NCBI RefSeq assembly: GCF_001194135.2
Contig: NC_069000.1
Location: forward strand, 29,996,799 to 30,060,798
Source of the DNA: Octopus bimaculoides
Taxonomy: Eukaryota
DNA: 64,000 nt
Direction of reading: 5' to 3'
Under the pieces are notes generated by a model. It worked only from the letters and a program-made list of their open reading frames with translations. It had not been told where the DNA came from and ran no database searches. Below are positions 36,781 to 48,353 of this stretch, piece by piece. Every line of letters starts with the position of its first letter. The stretch's first letter is position 1. A program made the translations under genes and the position numbers.

Positions 36781-39309
36781 ATAATCCTATCAGGTGGTGC
36801 TATTAAGTTAGACATGGCCTGGACCAATCTTTGGTCGAAACATATCTATGTTTTTATACTTACATTGAACAGTCTGCTCAAGTCCTCTGCATTCAAGGCC
36901 CATGTCTCACTACCATGCAGCATTGTTATTCTAACAAGTATCTTATAATCTGTATTTCACTCTGTGGGAAAAGACTTTTATTGCCAACAGTAGTTTGTAA
37001 AGCCCTGAACTTTTCCCAACCATTTCTTACTTTCAGCAAAAATTAGTATACTAAAAAAAAAGTATACTTTCTGAGCAACCATCTCCCCTGCTAATTACAT
37101 CTCCTAGGTTAATAAATGCTATTGACCACTTCTAGTGAGGCATCTGGACATTGAGGAGAATCTATTTCTAGTGTGCTCGTAGTATGAACTGATTCACTAT
37201 GCTTGTCACACATGAAGCTTTACTCAAAAAATTTTTTAACTTGGGAATTGAAACCAAATTTACCCTCTCATTATTTTATTGATAATGATGGTAAAAAGAT
37301 TGGAGATTCAGATTAGATAACAGTTTTTTGATAGGTATTTCTCTTGTATAGAAAATCATGTACTTGAATATACTCAATTTTTGCTGAAATGGCTATCAGC
37401 AATTTTTAGACAAAGTGCCTCCTATCTTAACATTAACTTTTGAACCTATTCATCATCATTTAACGTTTATTTTCTATACTGGCATGGGTGGGATGGTTTG
37501 ACCAGAGCAGGTGAGCTGGAGAACTGCCCCTGGTTCCAGCCTGATTTGGTTTGGTTTCTACAGCTGGATGGCCTTCCTAACACCAACCACTTTACAGTGT
37601 GTGCTGGGTGCTTTTTATGTGGCACTGGCACAGGCGCTATTACATAGCACTGGTACCACTAGTGCCAACGTGGGTGCTTTTACATGACTCCAGAACAGGG
37701 GCTTTTGCAGGCCCATCCTCTGCAGTAGAGGGAGCAGCATTAACAATTCTGCTGTGGAGGATGGGTCAAAATTTAATGATTTGAAACTGAAGCAGAGTTA
37801 TGGTTGTGGCAATATCTCTACTGTCTTAAGGAGTCAAGCTGGCAGAAATGTTAGCACGCCAGGCAAAATACTCAGCGGTATTTCATCTGTCTTTGTGTTC
37901 TGAGTTCAAATTCTGCCGAGGTTGACTTTGCCTTTCATCCTTACAGAGTCGATAAATTAAGTACCAGTTGTGTACTGGGGTCGATCTAATCAACTGCCCC
38001 CCTCCTCCTCCCAAATTTCGGGCCTTGTGCCTAGAGTAGAAAAGAATATCTCTACTGTCTTCAGATATAAATAGCATACTAGCTGAATCTCTTTGTTTAC
38101 TAATTAAACACTCTGTTCTTTTTTTGTCCTTTTTACTATTTTACACTAAGTGAGTTATTTTACATGTTTCATGTTTATCTGAAATAAAGCTATTTACTTA
38201 AATAGAACAGATGTATTGCAGCAAACAAATAGTCTCATTAGAAACATCAGAACACTTCTTCATGAACTCCATTGATTGCATGCAACATATCGAGATGATA
38301 CAATACAAGCATACCTAAAAAAGTGTACCCCCACCCCTTCGGACTTTGTTTCTTCATAACTTGAAAAAAAAATAGAAATTTTTAAAATGAAATTATCAAC
38401 ATATACAGTGGGACTGAACCTACAAACATGTAATTGAAAAGCAACATACATACAAGAAAAAAGTGTAATAACAGCTTGTCCAACACCATGCCACCAGTTT
38501 TCATAGATCTATGATTTAAAAGAAGAGGTGAATCAATTTCCACAAAGTCAAGAGCTCAGACACTTATAGTAACTGAAAGATTGACCACCTTACTAGATTT
38601 CACCAGTGCTCTTTTATCAAGCCAGAACCTTCACAGCTTTTTGATTACTGTTACAGATTTTGTATTTTTTTAAAATTTTATTCCAGCTTTTATCACATTT
38701 GGTATACCAATTTAGTTTTGTATGCTGATTATGAAAATGAAATTTGTTTTTGCCATAAATTAATAAATAAAAAGTTGATGGCTTTTAAAGATTGCAAAAT
38801 TTGGATAACTTTAGTCAATCAAAAGCAACCATTATGCACATGACCATAAACCTAACATTGGTATCTGTTTCTATAGCAACAAGCAAAGCTGCAATCTGAT
38901 ACTTTCACCACCAATAGTTTTGACAGGTGATATCATTTTGTACCTCTGAGACAGACAGCTATAATGCAGAAAATACTGGCTTCCAATTCCTGTTTTCTGA
39001 TTGGACTAAAAATTATCAAACCTTGAACCTCTAGCATTCAATTTATATCATAGCTCTGAGACTTCTATCATGTTATTGTCTATTTTTAGCATGATATTGT
39101 TAGGGTAGGTGTGAGAGGCCAGATCTGGCCGGTTTGAATATAAAACAGAATATTTTGGCCGGATATGGCCAATTTAAACATCAAAGAGTTAAATAAATTC
39201 CAAATTTGAATTCAGCATAAAAGATTACATCACTATACAATATTTGAAAATTTTTACTTAATTTTAAAATTCCCAAATTTGTGACAGCAACTGACTAAAC
39301 TTAAAGTCT

Positions 39310-40170
39310 TTATTCCTTCCGTTCAGAGTTCCAAGAAGCACTTCTAACCACAATTCTCCAGTAATTGCATGAGTACAAGCAGAGTCTGACAATGCCATGC
39401 CAAATATCTCTTTCACAAAAGTGGATATTGATCAGTGAATCTGATCAATATGGAATTCAACATGGAATAAAAATCACATATTGCAGACTTCATGACAAGA
39501 TTAACATCTTTTATATTAACCTCTGGCAAAACATTTCATGATCTTAACACCCCTGTTTGTGGGATCTGACCTTCTACCCACAAACAGATTGACAGTTGCC
39601 TCTTTCGCTATAAAATTGTTTGTGTCCTCCTGTATCAATCTTATATAGCAGTTAAAGTTTAGAGTCTCTGGTTAATACTTCACAGCTGGTACAACTCACT
39701 TGAAATATCTCTAATTACCATCTTGCAGAGTGCCTTTGATGCATTCACAAGTTAGATGAGAACATGTAGCATATGCTAGCTTTTCATTTTTTCTTTTTTC
39801 TAAATTGCTAATATCGTTAAGTACAAAAAAAGTGCCTAACAACTTGCAAAAAACAATTCTGAATTGTGATAATTTTTGTAAAAGAAATTCTTCCCAAACA
39901 AGCAAGTCATTCAAGCTTAAGCTTCTTTTGTAAGAACAGAATTCATCAAAAGACATGTAAGCTCTCCCATTTCCATCATAAAGGTAAATTTTATCAAGCT
40001 TGCCTGTATCAAGTTTAGCCTAATGTCTGCATCAATATCAGCAAGTGCTAAGTTAAATAAATATTCATGTATGTTAAGAGGCAATGCAATGCAAACTGAT
40101 CACATTTTTAGAGCTTGTTTCTATTCAATATATAGGTCTTCATTAGACAAAATCAGTGGTTATTTCCTAA
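39310..40170 (-). mobile_element. Degraded Ty1/copia (GalEa-like) gag-protease fragment
   Basis: LDKIYLYD...AYMSFDEF..YKR gag motif; a decayed zinc knuckle; FGMALSDSACTHAITGELWL protease (DSxC) motif. Confidence 0.65.
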
Positions 40171-40363
40171 AATTTACTTTTGAATCCAAATGTACCACAG
40201 TAAACTGCACAAGAAACCATATTTCCCATCATACTAGAATCAATGACAATTACTGCCTTCATGAAATGCTTCTAACTCCTCACATTATATCAGTTATTTG
40301 TTCATTTTGAATGTTCAGTGATAACAGACACCATCTTCCTCTATGATTCACTATGATCTATAC

Positions 40364-40679
40364 CAGTGGCTGGGGTTCATATGACCCCTGGGGATCCACC
40401 ACACAAGCAAAATACCAAATTGGGGATCCACAGTAGTTTATTAAGGGTCCATGAAAAAATTTTGATTTAGATGTATTTATTGCAAGGAACAGCTAGTTTT
40501 CGTTCCCTAATATTTTACATAGTTCAGTCTACACAAGTTAATGTGCTAAAAGGAAAACAGGAATTTCGAAAGAAGTATCTAATAAAACCAGTTTTTAAAT
40601 ATCAAATGGCTATGGGGGTCCACCAGAATAAAATAGTAAACAAAGGAGTTCATACATAGGTAATGGTTGAGAACATCTG
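40364..40679. mobile_element. hAT-type MITE
   Basis: CAGTGG... / ...GGTTGAGAACATCTG termini; 8-bp TSD atctatac/acctatac. Confidence 0.8.
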
Positions 40680-41399
40680 ACCTATACCAAGCCAACAACA
40701 CGTTGACCTTGCTGATATATTTAAAAAGAAGGCAATCTAACATCAACAAGTGAACATTATTCATATTACTCACAGAGATATTTGGCTCAATCAGAATTGT
40801 TTGATAACTAGCAAAAATTTAGGCAGACTGCCAAGACAAAAATTGCAGAATTTGATCTGTACAGGTGTATACATGTCTGAAATCTTTAAAAACTCCAGTA
40901 TTACAATAAAGCAAATCAGTATGTCCAGAGTTGTATTTAAAACTAGTCTAGGAGATCTTCGTAAATTCTGATTTTACTAGAGCTCACAAAATAACACTAT
41001 AGTGTACATGACAACTAATAAGAGTCTGATAAATGTTTAGTAGAACATGTCTAAGTATATAATTATTGAGCACTTATAGATTAGATTAACACGTGGTTTC
41101 TATTTAAGATTATTAATGACAGAATTTAAACTGATCAACATGATGTTACAATCAAATTCAAGCTGTTGGATTGAGTCTCTGGAAATGTATTTCTGATGAG
41201 AACAAATGAATGTGTATTTTGTATTTATGACACTAAGACAAAGCCTATTTCCCTTTAACCAACTCGATACCTCATAAGTTCATTGCTAATACTCTTTGTA
41301 TTTGCCCTATTCAAGTCTAAAAGCAAAGAAAAAAAGAACAGCGAATGATTAAATAAAATCAAATAATTTTGAAGACGTGGATATGTAATGTATATAGCT

Positions 41400-41765
41400 G
41401 CAGGCATGGCTGTGTGGTAAGAAGCTTCCTTTTCAACTACATGGCCTTGAGTTCAGCCCCACTATGTGGCACCTTGGGCAAGTATCTACTATAACCTCAA
41501 GCTGACCAAAGCCTTGTGAGTGGATTTAGTAGACATATATATATACATGCGTGTATATATATGTGTGTGTGTATATGTGTGTGTGCATATATGTGTGTTT
41601 GTCCCCACCACCACCACTTGACAACCGGTGTCAATGTGCTTACATTCCCCAACAAAAGAGACTGGTTGAATAAGTACCAGACTTTATAAAAAATAAGCAC
41701 TGGGGTTGATAAGTTCAACTAAAATTCTTCAAGGCAGTCTAATGACTGAAATAAGTAGAAGATAG
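41400..41765 (+). mobile_element. Family A SINE, full-length-like
   Basis: tRNA-like head, internal (TG/TA)n tract, shared 3' body. Confidence 0.8.
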
Positions 41766-44563
41766 ATAATTACAGGGATCCTAGGGAGAGTATTGGGGAA
41801 CCTCAATAAAGAGATTTAGATGACAAGTGACCATTGCACTCAAGAAACTTATCGGGAATTATTATCAAGATTATCTCATTAATATGAGATAATCATGGAA
41901 CATTTGTTGTTTCATTTTTAATTCTTCTTCACCTTTTATCTTACATTCAAACTCCATCCCCACCACCCTCCCTTCTGAAATGTAAGTAGTCACATTACTC
42001 CTCTACAACAAGAAACTCATTCTCTCTACTTTTTACCCTCCTAGCATGATTTACTTCAAAACAATCAACACACTGATATACAAATGAATCATAATAAACA
42101 CGTTAAAAATAATCAAAATACTTTTGAGAATAAAAGAAAATGGAGGCGGGAGACATGTTTAGGAGAAAAACTGGACACCAAGTGGAGTTTGATTGAAAAG
42201 GTAGGTTGTACGACCTTTATCGATAACTAACAGCTATTGATTATTTAAAATCTACCACTGAAACAGTAAATTGTTGTAGGTAGGCAGCTGTTATTGAATA
42301 CCTAACCTTAACACATCTATATTTATAATTTCGGCTGTTTTCTCCAACCGGAAGCAGGCTTATCGACATCAATTCATAGTTTCAGCTATTACAGAAGACC
42401 GTCTGATGTTAAAGATACTCACGCTGGAAATACATATAGAACAAATAAGTGTTAAAATATATAAAAGCAATGTTTTTATGGTAACCAGCTTTACCAACCA
42501 ATCAATCATTCGTCCTTAATAATCGATTGGATAAAAACATAAAAACCTTTTGAAACACAAAAAAGCCATATAAACGATTTCTGTAAAAAGCCTTTAAGTG
42601 TTTTGTTCTAAGGAACCTTACGTATATTAACCGTGCGAAGGCAAAAGCATCGGATAAAATGCCTTCTGATATTCGGTTACGTTCTGAGTTCAAATTTCGT
42701 CAAAGGCTGAAGCTTTGCCTTTTATTCTTTCATGGCTTACAAAACTATAGTCCCTCCCATTCAAGTATTGTAGTCGATTTAACTGACTTACACAAAATTT
42801 CTGGCTTTGTGCCTGTGTAAGATATTAAGCATTGTCGCGTAGCCGAAGGCTAGATTTTTTTCTTTTGATTAGTTTGTGTTACATTAATAACATTCATTCT
42901 CTTCTTCCTTGTTGGGGCTTATTTGCATAAAATCAGATCTTCGTTTCTTCCAGATTCCCATAATTGTCAGCGTACGGAACACATCCCTAATGTACAAGTA
43001 TATTTTGTAGAAGAAAGCAAGTTTAGTAGGTTTCATCATACACGTATTGACAGATGTTTAAAGTGGTTTCGTTGAAAGAAATGTGTCTGATTCATTGCAT
43101 GTAGATACAATACCGTGACAGTATACAGGAATAAAATAAGAAAATCATAAGATGATCCTACATAAACTACGTTATATAATTTAAATTCAATTTTATCTTC
43201 GTTTAGATAAACTGTATAGTTTATTATTTTACTCACGAGAATTGCCTCACAGGATGTAAAAACTTGTATTTTTGGCCGGTGTTGTGTTACCAGGGTGAAA
43301 CAGTACCGCTATGATTTTGCTGTCATCCACTTATTGCATACAGCTGAGAGGTGGATGAAAGTTTAGTTTCCTTTCATCTTTCTGGGAAAATTTTAATTAT
43401 CTAAACGAAAATTCTCTCGAAGATGAAAGGAAACTTCCTTCAGACCCAACAAGTTACAAAAAAAAAAAAAAATCAAACATCTGAAGTCCGCTTTAATTGG
43501 ACAGATTTATGATTAAAGACAGTCCAGCTCTGACCTTTCCGTCTTTTTTCCACGCATAGTATATTGTAGATGCAGTTTAGTGAATATTCGTTTCTCAATC
43601 ACAAGGTCCAGAGTTTGATCTAAGACATCTTAGGCAAATATCTCTTTCTTTACGGGTTGGGCTCAATGTATGCCTTGTGAATGAAACTGGGTGGATAGAA
43701 ACTGCGTGTGGAACCCCGTCAGGTGTGTTGGACTTGTAATTTAAAGATTCGATCTTGTCTCGCTGATTCTGTCCCAAAATTACATTAAGGACACTCATGT
43801 TTGTGGAATACACATCCACATACAAGCTAATTCAAAGAATTTGGTAGTTGATCGAACAACTGGAAACTCGTGGTTGGAGATTGGACCAAGATCTATTTTA
43901 TTTCGGGCCTGTCTATTTATACTTTCTACCTCGGATTACATTTTCCAACGTGTCCTTCTTTTTATCAAATAGGTAAGACGTGATGACAGAGAGATTTATC
44001 TGTTATTTCTAGTAAATTGAACTACCATAGAAAGGGACGCTTCCTTGTCTGGTCAACTTTGTGCAAACCTTTGAAGAAACCTTCCATCGATGGCCATTTG
44101 CATCATTTGGTATATTCAAGAACTGCATTATCCAATGCGTCCTTCCTTCCTTTAAAATTTAAAACGGTTGGGTGTGGTTTGAGAGAAATTTGACTGCTAT
44201 TTCTAGCAGATCGAGCGAACTCTTTAATAGCTCTCACATTGGTTTGTGCTAAGGGCATGTTTAAGGGGTAAAATGTGGACGGCAATGACATTGTGTGTGC
44301 TGCAGGTACTGGGTGACATATCGCTTATGATTGGGATACATCTGTACTGACATCAAGACGTGTGTAAAAGGAGTTTTATAACCGCATTTGTTTACCAAAA
44401 TATTCAAATTTTTGTTGAAGCCTAAAGACCCCTGCTGTGCTTGTTTCGTTTACCTTACCCCTTCTGATGACACATATAGACAAGATACACAATACCCTTT
44501 TCTGAGCGAAAGAGAATTGTTACCATTTTTGGTAGCATATGTCTTGCCATCATCTTTGTATAT

Positions 44564-44626
<63 letters not shown>

Positions 44627-47600
44627 NNNNNNNNNNNNNNNNNNNNNNNNNNNNNNNNNNNNNNNNNNNNNNNNNNNNNNNNNNNNNNNNNNNNNNNNNN
44701 NNNNNNNNNNNNNNNNNNNNNNNNNNNNNNNNNNNNNNNNNNNNNNNNNNNNNNNNNNNNNNNNNNNNNNNNNNNNNNNNNNNNNNNNNNNNNNNNNNNN
44801 NNNNNNNNNNNNNNNNNCCCCCCCCCCAACTACATTATTTACTTTCTTTGTCTTTCACTCCTCTCTCCTGTTTTCTCCTGTTACTCTTGCTAAAAGGTAG
44901 CGAACTGGCAGAATCTTTAAACGCGTCGGCTAAAATGCATAGCAGCATTTCTTTCGTCTCTTTATGAGTTCAAGTTTCCGTAGAGATCGACCCCACTTTT
45001 AATTTCTTCGGGATCGATATAAGGACCAGTTGAGTACTGTGGTCGATCGTCTGAGCCCCATTCCTCCAAAATTGTTGTTCTTATGCTAAAATCTGAAAAG
45101 TATTACTCTTTCTACCTCTCTGTTAACCCCCTGTCTTCAGTTTCTTTTTACCTTTCTACCTTCACTCTTCCCCAAACCAATCCATTAAGGAAGGAGGAGG
45201 TGTATCACAACCTCCATTTAATCAATGCTGCACATTTGCATATACCGCATGGCTTCTGTTCAATCTCGTGCGATATCTCTGTAAATGCCAAAACATTGCG
45301 TCCTTTTACATTCTGAGTTCACATCCCAGTGAAGTTCGCCAGATAACCTTTCATTTTGCAGGGGTATAGATAATAGTACTAGTGAATTATACCTTGTCAT
45401 TTTAACCGATTGTTTTTTTCCTTTCCATCCCAAATTGACATTGTGACAATAATTGATTCTGGACAAAGTTTTGCAGTGTTTTTTAGTTGTGTTTCTAAAC
45501 AATTGTGAATTCGGTTCCGTTGCATTCGAAGACTCGAGCGAAATAATTTTAAGTAACGTATATTTAATAACAAAAGAATCGGTACAATGTTTTCATTTCA
45601 AGTTCTTAAGTAAATATTTTATTTGCATTTGTAATTATATTTTCGTTCTTGGGTAATTAATTTCCTTATTTTGCCCGTGTAAAATCTTGTGTTCAAATCC
45701 CGTTGTGGTCTGTAAAATAAAGGACCACTCAATTACAAGTCGATATAATCGATTATACATTCCTCATATTAGTAGAATATGTTACAGAAATCATTTGTTA
45801 GTATATAATTTTTTCTATCACAACCATTGGAATGGTTTGATATATTTTCTATAGTTATTGTTTCTTAGGAAGTTAAATTTCGTCATGAAAACCTCAATAT
45901 CCTTAACTCATCGGTTTTATCTGACTCAGAGGATCTGCATATGCATAGCCGCCATCTAAATCAATAAAAAACGAACGTTTGCTGTCGAAATCGAAAGGTC
46001 TGTCCTGTAGATACTTTGGAAATATTTTCCAAGAGGGCAATTTCATAATGGTGATAATACAACACCATCGTCTATAGAAATTCAGCAGCATGTTTGCATT
46101 ATATAGCTGAGGTTTTCTTTAGTGTGTGTATTCATTCCTATCAACAATGACATGAGTTCGAACTGAGATTACAGCCGGACCCAGTCAGCGGTTATTTCAA
46201 AGTTTCGACTCTGCGTTTATAAGACGTTTGTTGTCTGGTGGGCGGAGGGAAGGTAGTAGTAATAGTAGAGAAAGATATATAGGGAGTTGAGAGAGGGGGA
46301 AAGTGGGGAGGAGATGGAGGATTGTGATATTAGAGGGGATGGAGGGGTTTGGATTTGAATTGATAGACAGGTAATTAGATAAAGACAAATAGACTGATAA
46401 TAAGATCAAGAGAGGGTTTAGTCGGAGGTGGGACAGAAAGATATATAGACAGACTGATAAGACAAATTAGATAGCCGGCAAGGTAAGGTAGACAGTGACA
46501 TAGAAGTAGACTTAGATATCGATAAATGGACTGACCATACGACCGATAGACAATGACATACAGGTAGGTAGGTACATATACTCTGATAAGCTGTTGAGAT
46601 AGTTTGGTGGACGAACAGAGTAAAAGATATCCAGCGTACAATAACCAACTTGTGTGTGTATCTGTGTTTAAACAACATCGATTTGTCCAGTGATTGAAAC
46701 CTCTACAAGAAAATATATTAAGACCTTAGAATGGAAAATATTGAGAAACAGAGAGATCGATAGACAAGGAAACTATAATATAGTTTGGTTAAACGTCAGA
46801 AACTGCTCGACGACAATAATGGAGATTGGTAAATATCTTGTTTAATACTGTTATGATGATGATGATAATAGTAGTCGTGGTGATGGTAGGGAGTTTGATG
46901 TTATACATTGTTGATGTTATTTAACCCCAAGTCAATCCTGATTGATTAGAACTATTGTCAAAGACGTTCCAATCGTGACCATTGTCTTTTTTATATATAT
47001 ATATATATTTTGGACTACTTTAGGCTAAATCATCCTTTTGTATTTTTTCATACGTTTGTAGGGTATGATTTGCGAAAATTTGGGCTCTTTTGTTGGCTTT
47101 CTGTTGCAATGATGACAGCTATTGTAGCTATCACTGCTTCACCATTGTCTCTAAAATGAAGATACCATATCATTATAGACTAAATTACGGTTGCTTCAAC
47201 CACCACTGCATCTCTGCTGTTCATCTTGTAATTTGAAAGAATTTGAACCCAAAATATTTTCTACTGTTCTCTCCACCTTCTAATAGTTCTCCCTACCAGA
47301 TAAGTCACTAGTCTGTTGCTTATAACCTTTCCCTGAAATAATTATTTATTCCCGTTGGGCAAGTGATGATCCAATATGATCTGAGGGTGTTTGTGTCTAG
47401 TACTATATCATTTATCTCTGGTCACTAGGTGATAAAACTCCTGGATAGGACACTAAACTTCTGAGGATGATATAGATGAGATGATATAGAATCCAATAAG
47501 TGAAATGTTCATTTGGTCATTAAAATTTTTGGTGCTGTTGAATGTATGAGTTGGTTGTCTAATGGGGAAACCCTTTTTTTTTTTTTTTTAATTCTCCTTT

Positions 47601-47893
47601 CACCTCTTTGTTTCCCTCTCTCACTCTGAGAACTGTGAAATGTGCACAAGTTTCTAAGAAAGTTCTATCTCTTTGCAGATTTACTTTCAACGAGATTGGT
47701 AAACAAGACTGTTCCTCAGTTGCAGATTTTGTCCCTGTAAGTATCTGCCATCATCCTTATCACTGTTATTATTTCTGTTGTCATTGCTGTGACAACCACT
47801 GTTGCTATTGCTGTTGCAATCATTGGCATTTTTATTAACTAGTAACAATGCAATTATCATAATCATCACCAATTCCATCTATGTCCTTGTTAA

Positions 47894-48111
47894 CCCTTTC
47901 AATAGCAACCCATTCAAAACTGGACCAAGTCCCACGCTAATAGCCCTCTTTACATTGTATCAGATTACTCTGTGAAATGTGAGGCTTATTTATTCACATT
48001 GTTTCGAATTAGTCATCCTTTATTTTGTAGCTAAGATATTTTCATGATGTGATTGCTTAGGTTTAGAAAGATATTGTAGGATATGTGTGAGAGGTCAGAT
48101 CTAGCCAGTTT
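47894..48111. mobile_element. piggyBac-type MITE truncated at its right end
   Basis: TTAA|CCCTTT start; family sequence stops at GATCTAGCCAGTTT where the duplicated exon segment begins. Confidence 0.7.
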
Positions 48112-48123
48112 TTTTTTTGTTAG

Positions 48124-48353
48124 AAACTCTCTGAAGCTTTCCCCTTTTCTAGATCCTTGGTAGATAACCACATGGGCTTGTATAACACAAGCAATAGCAG
48201 CAGCAGTAGTAGTAGTAATAGTTGTAGCAGCAGTATCCCTAGCTATGGTAAAAACTGGAAGAAAATGTTTCTGGACAAATGTTCAAACCTTGCTAATTCC
48301 TTTATAGACAATATAATGGCAGAATTAAACATTACCTTTAACATTGGTTATAG
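48124..48353 (+). CDS. TATDN2: Putative first coding exon of TATDN2, largely a duplicate of 49350-49539; in-frame ATGs at 48172 and 48316
   Basis: Acceptor (T)10GTTAG| at 48123; open frame KLSEAF...NIMAELNITFNIGYR; donor AG|GTAAAT at 48354; the 64-nt intron ends atttcag| at 48417 and restores the frame of the next exon. Confidence 0.6.

Noticed and set aside
43235-43345. Candidate minus-strand exon ending at a GTGAGT donor (43234)
   Set aside because: All frames are closed from the best acceptor, and it does not join in frame with the 45903-46091 ORF. At most a non-coding exon.
43560-43980. 76-aa minus ORF (43595-43825) and a strong plus-strand AG|GTAAGA donor at ~43972
   Set aside because: The donor lies inside a copy of a dispersed repeat (GGATTACATT.TCCAA.GTGTCC...ATTTGGCTGCTATTTCTAG family). 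No recognisable domain or phase-consistent exon chain was found.
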